IMG/VR virus record: IMGVR_UViG_3300009686_000016
Coordinates: 1-26,181 of that record
DNA: 26,181 bases
Source: a virus
Taxonomy: Duplodnaviria; Caudoviricetes
Strand: one strand, 5' to 3'
A program made the translations under genes and the position numbers. A model generated the notes under the pieces. That model ran no database searches. It had not been told where the DNA came from and saw only the letters and a list, made by a program, of their open reading frames with translations. Positions 1 through 9,267 of this stretch are shown here, piece after piece; the first letter of the stretch is position 1, and every line of letters begins with the position of its first letter.

Positions 1-935
1 ACAATCTTCGAGCTCGCTAATACGATCGATCGTACTGCTCCATCCTCGCCAACCAGGTACCTGCGGCCGGAATAGAAAAAGTCTTCTATCCACCGGCTTT
101 CATCAACAGTCAAAAATCCGGTTGACTGTTTGATTTCGCGTTTCTTATCGGTCTGATATTCCTGCAGGGATTCGTCACCCATTTCGGCAATTAAATGCTC
201 GAGCTTTTTATCATCTTCGGCACTACCTGTGAGTGATACGGAGTCAATACCTCCCATCGTATTCGCCCAGATAAATATTTTCTCTTCGTCATCCGAATTC
301 CGGAGGCAATACCTCTGCACGTAACTTAGCCGGGTACCGGCAAGATCTTCGAACCATACCTCCCAGGCAATCGGGTTTTTCTTTACGAATAATGCATTAA
401 TCGAAGCCCAGCTCACATCAACAGCCAAAAGTTTACCGGCATCGAGCGCGGTTAGCAGCATCGAGGCATTTGTGTTATCCTGGTAGTATGCTTTTGCCTT
501 CAGGTTGCGGGCTGCATTCGTGTAAACTGTCAGCCATTCGGGTTGATGCTGCAGTATCTGTTTGTCCTGCATTTGCCAGGTTAGGAAATGTTCATTTACA
601 AAATCAGCTGCCATCGATCCAAGTTCCAGCACACCGCCTTTGATCACGCGAAATGCAACGGCGGTCCCGTCAATTGTCGCGGTGAAATCGGCAAAGCCGG
701 AAGACTGTTCGGTGATCAGGTTTGTCCCGGGTAATGTAACCGACAGCACTTTATCGATGATTGTGCGAAGGTCTACAGATACATAGTGTGCTGCATCTGG
801 CTGATATATCTCACTCAGGATAAGCGCAGCGCCTTTATGTAAACTGAAAACCACTTCCGTTTCGGAGGTAACCCCGAACTTTTTCAGGTTGCCCGAGAAG
901 GAGAGTGCATCTGGCTGTTGAATAATGATACTCAT
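1..935 (-). CDS. Phage structural/tail protein, 3'-truncated by the window edge (not in ORF track)
   Basis: Manual translation from ATG at 935: MSIIIQQPDALSFSGNLKKFG...NEHFLTWQMQDKQILQHQP...YLVGEDGAVRSIVLASSKI, with the same frame confirmed at the start, middle and edge; lies downstream of the tape measure module. Confidence 0.8.
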   Translation of the reverse strand, partial: MSIIIQQPDALSFSGNLKKFGVTSETEVVFSLHKGAALILSEIYQPDAAHYVSVDLRTIIDKVLSVTLPGTNLITEQSSGFADFTATIDGTAVAFRVIKGGVLELGSMAADFVNEHFLTWQMQDKQILQHQPEWLTVYTNAARNLKAKAYYQDNTNASMLLTALDAGKLLAVDVSWASINALFVKKNPIAWEVWFEDLAGTRLSYVQRYCLRNSDDEEKIFIWANTMGGIDSVSLTGSAEDDKKLEHLIAEMGDESLQEYQTDKKREIKQSTGFLTVDESRWIEDFFYSGRRYLVGEDGAVRSIVLASSKI

Positions 936-949
936 CTGGTCTATTTTTC

Positions 950-985
950 TGCAAGGTAATGCCGGGAGCACTCACCTTAAAGGAC
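950..985 (-). promoter_or_regulatory. Putative late promoter, copy 4 (GTCCTTT-N20-TACCTTGCA)
   Basis: Same heptamer and 20-nt spacing as the copies at 9155-9190, 16399-16434 and 19123-19159; 14 nt upstream of ATG 935. Confidence 0.6.
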
Positions 986-990
986 AAAAC

Positions 991-2604
991 CTACACAGTA
1001 AACCCTTCAATCTTCACGATGCCTTTATGAGGAAGTTCAAAGTTTATTTTATCCAGGATAACTTCATTACCATCGATTACATACTTTTTGTCGAATCGAA
1101 GGTTAAGAACTTCAGGAAGCGATAACTCAATATACTTTGTGAAGGCACGCGCCCGGTAGGCTTTCCAGTTCAGGAAATCAGCGTGAAGTGGAAGTAAATA
1201 GGCAGGAGTCAGGTAAACCGGCAATTCAATTGTCCAGACTGTAGTAATTTCCCAATGAACACCCGAAAGAAATGGAATATTATTTTTGCGGCCATGGTAA
1301 AGTGATATCATCAACTCATTCATTCCATTATTCGTATCAGTGAACATAGGCAATGAAATATCAAGATGCGGAGATATATACCTGGTGCCATCTCCTTCGC
1401 CATCGATTATTCCAGCCGGTACCTTAAATGCAAACTCTGTTTTTTCAGGGTCAATGCCAGATAGATAATCTTTCAACCTTCCGATTTGTTTCCATTCCAG
1501 TACATCGCTGTTACTTTCTGTCACGTAATCATACCCTAAAGAAACAACACGAACAACCTCCCCTTCTTTAGTGGCAATTGGAAGTGTTGTCGCTACTTCT
1601 GAATTGGGAATATATCCGGATTCAGTATCAAGGCTGTCTGTTTGCGACTTATAGCCAATACTGAACCCTTTTGTATTTTGTTTCTCGCTATGTTCCCAAC
1701 CTGCCAGTTCAACCATTTTCAGCGGATCGATATTGCCGGGTACAAAAATGTTTTTCTTAAAAATAATGCGTACTGTCTTCATGCGTTCATCTACATCACA
1801 CACCATGCAGAGTAGTTTTGTAATTTCGTCAACAAAGTCAAGAACAAAAACATTAGGCATCAGCTTTGCGTAGTGAAGAAATCCCGGTTCGAGTCCGGGA
1901 ATACACCAGGTATAATGTCCTCCATACCCTGCTCCACGCATGATCCTCGAAAAAACAACAAGGTCCTTAAATTCGCTTGTCTTTAATTCATCCACTAAAA
2001 TGGTATATCCAGCGCTTTCGAAAATCTTCTCAAGAAGGAAATAAGCCCTGAATTGCAGGCAATACATTACGTTGCTTATTAGGTTTCCTGTCGCTTTATT
2101 GACGTAATTTACATTTACACCAGAGGGTAATCCACCATTGATATGACATGGAGAGACTACATACTTACCATTGCTTGTTGTATTTGCTGCATCCCATTCG
2201 ACCATTTTAGCAGCCAACTCTTCATCTGTGTAAAATTCAGGAATCCAGCTTTCGAACCCATAATCAATATCAGTCAGCTTTTTCCCTTCCATTTTTCCCC
2301 TAAATACAGTATAACCAGACTTTAGAATAACGCCAATCTGTTCCTTCGTTACCATATCGTAGTCAACCTCACCGCTAAAAACCTGTAGCCCGTTATCTTC
2401 CAGAATAAACGACTGATCGGCAATGGCACCAACACGTTGTAGCTTACCCGGCCATCCAATTATGTGCTGATTGGGTGATGTTGGAACAGGAAACGGGTAG
2501 GAGAATGCTCCGGTATCTTCATTCAATGCCGGGGATGAACGCTGAAGGCTTATTTTCGTATCCACTGGTATTGCAACTGGTTTGCCTGCTATCGTTAGCT
2601 TCAT
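991..2604 (-). CDS. Phage tail/baseplate-region structural protein (537 aa)
   Basis: Long ORF overlapping the tape measure stop by 4 nt; position typical of distal tail/hub proteins; exact role inferred. Confidence 0.7.
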   Translation of the reverse strand: MKLTIAGKPVAIPVDTKISLQRSSPALNEDTGAFSYPFPVPTSPNQHIIGWPGKLQRVGAIADQSFILEDNGLQVFSGEVDYDMVTKEQIGVILKSGYTVFRGKMEGKKLTDIDYGFESWIPEFYTDEELAAKMVEWDAANTTSNGKYVVSPCHINGGLPSGVNVNYVNKATGNLISNVMYCLQFRAYFLLEKIFESAGYTILVDELKTSEFKDLVVFSRIMRGAGYGGHYTWCIPGLEPGFLHYAKLMPNVFVLDFVDEITKLLCMVCDVDERMKTVRIIFKKNIFVPGNIDPLKMVELAGWEHSEKQNTKGFSIGYKSQTDSLDTESGYIPNSEVATTLPIATKEGEVVRVVSLGYDYVTESNSDVLEWKQIGRLKDYLSGIDPEKTEFAFKVPAGIIDGEGDGTRYISPHLDISLPMFTDTNNGMNELMISLYHGRKNNIPFLSGVHWEITTVWTIELPVYLTPAYLLPLHADFLNWKAYRARAFTKYIELSLPEVLNLRFDKKYVIDGNEVILDKINFELPHKGIVKIEGFTV

Positions 2605-5000
2605 TTCTTGTAGATTTTCGAGTTGAATTTTGTTATATCATCCATTGCATCGGAGAGACTGTTATTGCCGAATTTATTCACGTTCGCTTTAATGCCTGCT
2701 TTTAGCTGAAGATTTAATTCTTTGATGGCTGATATTAATTCAGGATCTCGCCCCGTTATTGTTTGTGTTCCTGCTGATGCAGATCCTTCCTGAGTTGAGA
2801 AACCACCCGAAGCATATCCGCTTGAACTTCCAACCGTTTGCACTACAGGCCGTAAATCAAGCCGGGCCAAACTGTTGTTTTTCCGTGCCATCTCAAACAT
2901 ATTGATCATTGGCCGGAGCCGGGGATTGTTTACGCCCTCCTGTGGTATCACATACTCACCCCGATGGACAATTCCTGCTTCCTCATATTTGCCACCATCA
3001 CCTGTGTAACCACCAACTGCCAGTGATTTCATTCTGTTTCTTTCCTTCACGGCCATGGCAACCTGAACGGCTCCGGTTGCACCAATAAATACGGCTGCAA
3101 TAGCGCCTGCTATCGGACCCAACTGAGCAAACCCTTGCATGATACCTAATGCCGTTGATGAAACGATTTGGCCAATGGCCACAACCATGTTCATATCAGC
3201 ATACTTCTTTTTGATCTTCTTTTTCTTCTCCTCGTTGTCACCGGCATCCTGAAGCTCCATCTCCATCAATGCTCCGACAAAGTTACCGGCTGCATTGGCA
3301 ACCCCTTGAATATCCTTTGCTGTTTGCTCCCTTTTCGCCTTCTTTTTGTCTTCCGCTTCTGCATTAATTTTTATCAGTTCATCCTGATACTCCTGTTCCC
3401 CAATCAGCCCTGCTTCGTGATCAGATATTAATAGCATCCGTTTCCCGTCAAGGGTTTTAGCATATTCCTCCATCGCATAATCACCTGCAGGATCTGCTTT
3501 CTCTGTCTCAGGCGTCATTAACTGGCTTAGTAAATCTGCATCCTCTTTACGCTTTGCCACTTCATCTTCAATACCTTTTGCCAAGGCAGCAACACCATCC
3601 TTACCCAGCTTATTCAGTTCGGCCTTAATGGCATCTGTTTGAGTTTGATCGTCAAGAGAGAAAAACAGCCGGAGCTTGTCAGTATCGGTTTCTTTTTTCC
3701 CTTCTATTTTTTGACCAGTATCTTCCTGACCTGCAAGCAGACTATTAACCTGTGTTCGTACCCTGGGTGTGTTTTCTTTTGCAGAAATTTGAGCTGCTTT
3801 AAGCTCCACATAACTTTTTACCATTTTATCAAGCTGATCATCGGTGGTTCGCCCGGTTGCACGGATTTGATCAGCATAAACTTTTGTTGCATCTGATACG
3901 GATTCAATCTCTGTTTTGAGTTGCTTCATCTGAACTGTTTCAGGAAGCTGTGTGGTTGTGGTAGCGCCTTGAAATCCTGAAGTTGTCAAGAAATTTGCTT
4001 TCTTCATCTTATCTAACTGCTCCAACTGATCATTATAAGCTTTCGCTTTTATTTTTGTGGTACTGTCCATATCACGCATCACTTTCATCAGCTGATCTTT
4101 ACTCAGGTTGGTTTGTTTTGCTGTTAATTTTGCCTCATTATCAAAAACGCTTTGAGCTAAATTTGTTCTATAAACTGCTAAATCTTCCTCTAATTTAATT
4201 CGATCTTCCCCAGACTTAATTCTTTCTTCCTTACTCAATGTTTTATTACGCAAAGCAATTTCTAAATCAATTGCCTTTTCCTGTGCTTCAGCTTCGATAA
4301 TACTTAATGATCTGGTTTTGTCTTCAATATCATCAAGTGTATAAATGTATTCTTCCCCAAACCGAATGGCTTCCTGTATACGTTCAGTAAAGTTACTCCA
4401 GTCGCCAGTTGCCAGGGTACGCCAGAATTCATTTAAACCTTCCTTCATTCCGTTCATGCTTGCTTCCCACTTCGTTCCCAAAGTATCTGTTGCAGAAATG
4501 ATTTTATTGAAAGCGAATACAGCTGCAGCAGCAATGGCCGCAAAACTAAAGGCCGGCAATAATTCCATTGCCCCACTCTTTAATTGAGATAGTATTCCCT
4601 TTTGTTGTGTAAGGTCTCCGTTTATCCCACGGAGCTCCGCGCGGAGCTGCTGAAGTCTCCCCTGGTTCGCAGTGTATTCCTGTGTGCCACGTGTTAGCCC
4701 GTTCTGTTCGCGGGTGAGTTCTGTAATGGCTTTTTTAATGTCCCGGATAGAAGATGACGATAGATTATTCAGAACCTTATTCACGTCGAACGATGCTCTT
4801 TGTAAGTTTCGCGTTTCTTTTGTAACGTTTGCCAGTTCGCGCTGCGCATCCTTATATCCTTTCATATCATTAGCAGCCAGGGCTTCCTGCATTGTTTGCC
4901 CCAACTTTTCAGCCTCCAATGCAAGGTTTTTTAATGCTGATATTGCCTGCTGATCATTAATATATACTGGGATCCTCGCTTCATCGTTTAAACCTGCCAT
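2601..5000 (-). CDS. Tail tape measure protein (799 aa)
   Basis: Long coiled-coil, Ala-rich hydrophobic segments (FSFAAIAAAAVFAF; GPIAGAIAAVFIGATG) and C-terminal GGYTGDGGKYEEAGIVHRGEYVIP motif typical of tape measure C-termini. Confidence 0.9.
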   Translation of the reverse strand: MAGLNDEARIPVYINDQQAISALKNLALEAEKLGQTMQEALAANDMKGYKDAQRELANVTKETRNLQRASFDVNKVLNNLSSSSIRDIKKAITELTREQNGLTRGTQEYTANQGRLQQLRAELRGINGDLTQQKGILSQLKSGAMELLPAFSFAAIAAAAVFAFNKIISATDTLGTKWEASMNGMKEGLNEFWRTLATGDWSNFTERIQEAIRFGEEYIYTLDDIEDKTRSLSIIEAEAQEKAIDLEIALRNKTLSKEERIKSGEDRIKLEEDLAVYRTNLAQSVFDNEAKLTAKQTNLSKDQLMKVMRDMDSTTKIKAKAYNDQLEQLDKMKKANFLTTSGFQGATTTTQLPETVQMKQLKTEIESVSDATKVYADQIRATGRTTDDQLDKMVKSYVELKAAQISAKENTPRVRTQVNSLLAGQEDTGQKIEGKKETDTDKLRLFFSLDDQTQTDAIKAELNKLGKDGVAALAKGIEDEVAKRKEDADLLSQLMTPETEKADPAGDYAMEEYAKTLDGKRMLLISDHEAGLIGEQEYQDELIKINAEAEDKKKAKREQTAKDIQGVANAAGNFVGALMEMELQDAGDNEEKKKKIKKKYADMNMVVAIGQIVSSTALGIMQGFAQLGPIAGAIAAVFIGATGAVQVAMAVKERNRMKSLAVGGYTGDGGKYEEAGIVHRGEYVIPQEGVNNPRLRPMINMFEMARKNNSLARLDLRPVVQTVGSSSGYASGGFSTQEGSASAGTQTITGRDPELISAIKELNLQLKAGIKANVNKFGNNSLSDAMDDITKFNSKIYKK

Positions 5001-5027
5001 AGTGATTTATGTTATAAATTCATTTTT

Positions 5028-5429
5028 TTATTTTGTTCTTCCTGTAGCTTTCAATGCAAATATGATTGAATCGGCTGCACCTTCGCCATATTTCTCAACC
5101 AGTATATCCTTTAGTTTCATCACTTCACCGTAAAATACTTTCGAGTACCACTCCCTACGTTTAAGTTTCGTCTTATCCCCATCGCTTTTAATCTTCCATA
5201 TCTCACGACCAAGGCCAATATCCTGAAATACACCATACAGATTGAAAGCAAATTCCACTTTACTTACATTATTACCTGCATTAAGAGTGAGTGTTTGCAG
5301 AAATGAGCTATACAGTGCACCGGTATCCCAAACTTTCATTTCTACAATCTTAGCACGCCAGATCTTAATTACAATATCTGCCCAGGCACGGATCGTTTCT
5401 TCGTTACTATACGTTCCAGTCTGCGCCAT
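5028..5429 (-). CDS. Phage morphogenesis (putative tail completion) protein; start revised to MAQTGTYS at 5429
   Basis: Revised start reduces the overlap with 5407..5880 from 125 to 23 nt; lies between head-tail genes and the tape measure. Confidence 0.65.
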   Translation of the reverse strand: MAQTGTYSNEETIRAWADIVIKIWRAKIVEMKVWDTGALYSSFLQTLTLNAGNNVSKVEFAFNLYGVFQDIGLGREIWKIKSDGDKTKLKRREWYSKVFYGEVMKLKDILVEKYGEGAADSIIFALKATGRTK

Positions 5430-5880
5430 TATAGACAAGATTAACAGGTATTTCGACATTGAAGATAAAATACAATCCGCTGCAACCGGTTGCAAATGCA
5501 GGTGGCACTTCGTAAAACTGGATACGTTCAACGTCGAGTACCGGGATGGTCCGTTTATCCAGGATCAGCTTAGATAAAACGGTTCTGAAGATCGCTTTGG
5601 CTTCGGTCAATACTTCAGCGCGTTTTACCATATTGCCATATTCCGCTTGTCCAACGATAAAAACAGTATATGGCCTGCGTTCGAAATAGGTACCACCGGC
5701 GCCACGAAATGTTGTACCATCCTGACTATCATCCACCGCAAAGAAATATTTATCCCGGCGACTGTGTTCAAGTATTCCTTCGAGGGAATCCACGCCACTG
5801 ACAGTTTCAAACCTGTATTTGGTAACAGTGAGCTTCATCTTTGCGTGAAGCGTTTTCATATAAGCGATAGGGTCGAACAT
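5407..5880 (-). CDS. Phage morphogenesis protein (putative tail terminator/neck)
   Basis: 157-aa ORF in the co-oriented structural operon; function inferred from size and position only. Confidence 0.6.
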   Translation of the reverse strand: MFDPIAYMKTLHAKMKLTVTKYRFETVSGVDSLEGILEHSRRDKYFFAVDDSQDGTTFRGAGGTYFERRPYTVFIVGQAEYGNMVKRAEVLTEAKAIFRTVLSKLILDKRTIPVLDVERIQFYEVPPAFATGCSGLYFIFNVEIPVNLVYNGADWNV

Positions 5881-5915
5881 GATTTACGATTTAGGATTTA
5901 CGATTTATGATTGGA
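5881..5915. repeat. Heptamer tandem repeat GATTTAN x4 plus one degenerate unit
   Basis: gatttac gatttag gatttac gatttat gattgga; fills the intergenic gap and overlaps the upstream stop. Confidence 0.85.
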
Positions 5916-6701
5916 TATCGATTGATGTTCAAGGGCACGCTGCTCTAACTCATCAAGTGCATCCCAGCACGGACGGGAAAGGAGTTTATCTTTGATGGTG
6001 ATATCGCCATTCGACAGCGTATGAATCATTCCGTTGATATATTCCCTGGGATTAAACGGGCGACCGCTGGCAGTACCTTTCACGGAAAAGAGTGATTTGC
6101 ACCGCTTTGGAACATACGAACGGAATCCGACATATCCCATAAACACAGCATTTTTAATGGCAGGATCTATCTTGCTGAATGCTTTAGCACGTGCCTGAAT
6201 TTTCCCTGCGTTCCATCGTTGCCATGGTTTCCGGTACAGACAGGCAATCAGGTTGTCAAGGTGTTCCTCTTTTTTTGTTTCTGTGTAGGCAAAATAATAG
6301 TTCTCTGTCATCAGGTATTCTTCGAAGGTTGCATTGTATAATCTGAAATGCCTGGCACGTGCAAAACCAATTCTTTTGACCGGGTGAACTTCATCCGGAG
6401 TGAGCAGGAACCGGCACTTTTCGCAAAGCTCTGATAACAGATCGGTATCGATCAGGAAGGGTTTTTTAATGGATGGGTGTGAATAACGAAGGGGCGAAGG
6501 GGCGATGGGGAGACTGGGCGCGGGGGCGACGGGGCGATGGGGCGTATCGATCACCAATTTTAATCCTGTCAACATCATAAACGCTTTCACCAGGAATTCA
6601 GATTCGGGATATCCTGCCATCCATAACCTGGAGACGAATACCAGTTGCCGGTTCGACAGTTCGATCCATGTCTGCGGTAATATCAGTTTGAGTGGCTTCA
6701 T
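5898..6701 (-). CDS. Hypothetical phage morphogenesis protein (267 aa); start revised to MKPLKLILPQTW at 6701
   Basis: ATG at 6701 lies 1 nt after the upstream stop; the longer ORF-track start overlaps the upstream gene by 167 nt. Confidence 0.75.
   Translation of the reverse strand: MKPLKLILPQTWIELSNRQLVFVSRLWMAGYPESEFLVKAFMMLTGLKLVIDTPHRPVAPAPSLPIAPSPLRYSHPSIKKPFLIDTDLLSELCEKCRFLLTPDEVHPVKRIGFARARHFRLYNATFEEYLMTENYYFAYTETKKEEHLDNLIACLYRKPWQRWNAGKIQARAKAFSKIDPAIKNAVFMGYVGFRSYVPKRCKSLFSVKGTASGRPFNPREYINGMIHTLSNGDITIKDKLLSRPCWDALDELEQRALEHQSISNHKS
6489..6544 (+). repeat. G-rich octamer tandem repeat x7 inside a CDS
   Basis: aaggggcg aaggggcg atggggag actgggcg cgggggcg acggggcg atggggcg; encodes a Pro-rich patch on the minus strand. 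Confidence 0.9.
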
Positions 6702-6702
6702 A

Positions 6703-7542
6703 TTAGCAGATACTTGAAAAGATGGTTGATGCTGCATCGTTTTCATAACCGGGCGCCATCCGTGCTTTGTATTCCGAACTGGCAGCATAGGTAATAAAGC
6801 CGGCGGGGTTTTTATCGATGTAACGCATTGCATCTGAAGCGATCTTCTTAGCCGCTTCGTGGTTGTCATTTACCAGACAACCAAGTGCATATTTCAGCAG
6901 AATGATTACTTTCAAATCATCACCGGTCATATCTCCATCGCGTTGTTTTTCAATCAACTCTTCGATGTAGTCTTTACTGAACAGCGGTTCCAACTTAGTC
7001 ATTGTCTGTTGGATCATCAGCGGTCGAAGCTTCAGAAAATCGCGGCGCGATCCTTCCCACTGGCCGTATTGTTTGAGCTCTGTAGCCGTCCGGATCAGGC
7101 AATCGGTCATCACAGAATAAGCCGGAGATGATTTCCAGTCATCGTGAAGCGTTATTTGTTCCTCCAGGTAAGTGATCAGGAATTCAACTTCATTGTCGCG
7201 CCTGGTTAAACATTGTTCCCGGAGACGCTCCACACGTTCTTTGCTCGCCGGAACTTTCCCATTAGCTGAGATTATAGCAAACCCACTCTCAGTATGAACT
7301 ACATCCAGAAACGGAATCGCATCCCAGTAAGCATGGTTTCCAATTACATTTTGGCACAACCGTATAAGATCAGGATCTACAATTGTTTCCGCATCGATGC
7401 GATCAAACAACGCTTTGCCCAGGATGTTATTCTTCATCCAAAGTTCAGCGCTCCGGATATAGGGTTCGAAATCTGCAAAGCTTTCGGTTCCTGCAGCTGT
7501 GGGAATCACATTTTGAAAATCAATCAGCGTTTTCAGTATCAT
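6703..7542 (-). CDS. Putative head-tail adaptor (DUF6712-like) protein
   Basis: 279-aa helical protein directly after the portal; AYWDAIPFLDVVHTESGFAII...PASKERVERL resembles this Bacteroidota phage family (recalled, not searched). Confidence 0.65.
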   Translation of the reverse strand: MILKTLIDFQNVIPTAAGTESFADFEPYIRSAELWMKNNILGKALFDRIDAETIVDPDLIRLCQNVIGNHAYWDAIPFLDVVHTESGFAIISANGKVPASKERVERLREQCLTRRDNEVEFLITYLEEQITLHDDWKSSPAYSVMTDCLIRTATELKQYGQWEGSRRDFLKLRPLMIQQTMTKLEPLFSKDYIEELIEKQRDGDMTGDDLKVIILLKYALGCLVNDNHEAAKKIASDAMRYIDKNPAGFITYAASSEYKARMAPGYENDAASTIFSSIC

Positions 7543-8917
7543 CGGTCTGTGGTTTTGTGGTGAATGGTTTGGCGTCTGTCTTTTTATCGAGCGTGGTGAG
7601 CATCAGATCCGGGATATCGTAATCCAGATCCCAATCATTCACATCGTTTAGCAGGTAGAACGGAGAGAGCATGATATCACGCGTGAGATGCTCCAGGGCT
7701 TGTTTCATCGTGAAGAGTTCCCGGGCTTCGGTACCGTTAATGGATTTGCTGTTTCCTGGTGAGCTTCCGATCAAACTTGGATGTACACCCATCGCGTACG
7801 ATACGATATTGGTAGCCTCTTCAGCATCTTCAATATAGTCGCCTCCTTCCTTTTCTTTATCGAGACGTACAATCCGGACCATCTGCTGTTCTTTCCCGTT
7901 AGGATCGATGTAGTAGGTACTGAACCACGATTTGTTTTGATTGTCAATCCCGGAGAGAAAGTTCTTGATATTATTAATCTCAAGCGTTTTTCTCGCTTTT
8001 TTCAGTTCCGGATCGGTAATGCTTTCGCTGGAGAATAGTTTTGTGAAATATTCGCGGTGCAATTCAACCATGTATTTAATCACCATGCCGTTGGTCATCT
8101 TCGCAATTTTGGCAACGGGTATCATTGCTTTAATCTTACTCCATCCACTGTTGAACATGCTGAAGTAGTAGGCGAATGGATAATACTTTTGTCCTGGTGT
8201 GGGGATCCGGTTTACGATCGCAAATTTACGGACGGTGGTTGGCGTGCCGGCATTCCCGGTTTTCGGATCGGGTTCTTTGCCCAGTCTCACCATTAAGTCA
8301 CCAACCGGATCATCTTCATCGAGTAATGCTATTGCCTCAATATCTTCATCTTTCGGTGAAGCTTTCCAATTGGCATAGAAGATGTTTTCAACCCTTCCGG
8401 TATCGGGATTGCACGTTTCGAAGCGACAGTTTACCGCCTCTTTGTGCCTGATCTGCACTACCTTTTGTCCTTCACCATCGAGAATGATTACCAGTACCGA
8501 AAAATAAAAGTGTTTGATATCGGTAAACTGTTCGGCCCAGAATTTGACCATGTTGTTTCTCCGGAAGAATTTTTTGATTTCGGGATCCTCCAGCGGTGTT
8601 CCATCTGACTTTGTAGTCCGGAATCCAAGTCCGTATGAAGTGCAAATGTTGAACCACATGTTGGAGCTCATTACTTCATCATTGCGAATAGATGCAAGTA
8701 TCACATCAGGCTGAAGGTTATCTTCGCCCCACGGTACAGCGCCGCGAAATCCTTTCTTTACATCCTTGGGCTTCACCTCTTCGTAATCGAAGATAGCGCG
8801 CGAATCTTCGTTGATCACAGCGGCGAATGAATCATTCACGCCAGGTATAACATGTATACCTAAGCTGGCAAAATCATCACCAGCTGATACAATACCAATA
8901 TCAATATTTTTTTTCAT
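7520..8917 (-). CDS. Portal protein (465 aa)
   Basis: Size and motifs VPWGEDNLQP, YAMGVHPSLIG and GTEARELF typical of Bacteroidota phage portals. Confidence 0.8.
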   Translation of the reverse strand: MKKNIDIGIVSAGDDFASLGIHVIPGVNDSFAAVINEDSRAIFDYEEVKPKDVKKGFRGAVPWGEDNLQPDVILASIRNDEVMSSNMWFNICTSYGLGFRTTKSDGTPLEDPEIKKFFRRNNMVKFWAEQFTDIKHFYFSVLVIILDGEGQKVVQIRHKEAVNCRFETCNPDTGRVENIFYANWKASPKDEDIEAIALLDEDDPVGDLMVRLGKEPDPKTGNAGTPTTVRKFAIVNRIPTPGQKYYPFAYYFSMFNSGWSKIKAMIPVAKIAKMTNGMVIKYMVELHREYFTKLFSSESITDPELKKARKTLEINNIKNFLSGIDNQNKSWFSTYYIDPNGKEQQMVRIVRLDKEKEGGDYIEDAEEATNIVSYAMGVHPSLIGSSPGNSKSINGTEARELFTMKQALEHLTRDIMLSPFYLLNDVNDWDLDYDIPDLMLTTLDKKTDAKPFTTKPQTDDTENAD

Positions 8918-9138
8918 ACAAAAACCTCCTCGCCTGATACGTTGAATATTAGCAATGCCTTTACCTTCCGGAACTCTCCGGAGTCAAGGAATTTAAAGTT
9001 AAATGTGTTGCCTTTGAAATGAGAGCTTGTACAGACCACGTTGTGTGCGTGGACAATCTCACCGTTTAGTTTCCAGAACGAAACATCCAGCTGATCGTGA
9101 CTCTCGATTAATTGTCTTGCTTTTGAAAGATGCAGCAT
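8914..9138 (-). CDS. Small hypothetical phage protein preceding the portal
   Basis: 74 aa; ATGA overlap with the portal; first gene after a GTCCTTT motif. Confidence 0.8.
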   Translation of the reverse strand: MLHLSKARQLIESHDQLDVSFWKLNGEIVHAHNVVCTSSHFKGNTFNFKFLDSGEFRKVKALLIFNVSGEEVFV

Positions 9139-9154
9139 AACCCTCTTTTTTTAT

Positions 9155-9190
9155 TGCAAGATAGGCCGTTCGCACAGCAGGTTAAAGGAC
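9155..9190 (-). promoter_or_regulatory. Putative late promoter, copy 3 (GTCCTTT-N20-TATCTTGCA)
   Basis: Follows a terminator and precedes the portal operon; spacing conserved with the other copies. Confidence 0.65.
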
Positions 9191-9196
9191 AGGTGA

Positions 9197-9236
9197 AAAG
9201 GAGATGGTGAGAGGGAGAGAAGGGGAGAAAGGGAGA
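9197..9236 (+). repeat. Purine-rich octamer tandem repeat x5
   Basis: aaaggaga tggtgaga gggagaga aggggaga aagggaga. Confidence 0.75.
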
Positions 9237-9239
9237 AAG

Positions 9240-9264
9240 AAAAAAACCGCAGTATTGCGGTTTT
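9240..9264 (-). terminator. Intrinsic terminator after the TA pair
   Basis: Minus strand AAAACCGCA-ATAC-TGCGGTTTT continuing into a T run. Confidence 0.85.
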
Positions 9265-9267
9265 AGA

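Noticed and set aside
991-2604. Diversity-generating retroelement target or invertible tail cassette
   Set aside because: No reverse transcriptase, template/variable repeat pair, invertase or flanking inverted repeats seen in this window
5028-6701. Tail assembly chaperone with programmed -1 frameshift upstream of the tape measure
   Set aside because: I found no convincing slippery heptamer joining two overlapping ORFs; the ORFs read as separate genes
6702-6869. N-terminal extensions given by the ORF track for 5898..6869 (also 5028..5531, 12129..12329 and 12366..12911)
   Set aside because: They overlap upstream genes or promoters; downstream ATGs at 6701, 5429, 12165 and 12872 fit operon packing and signals better
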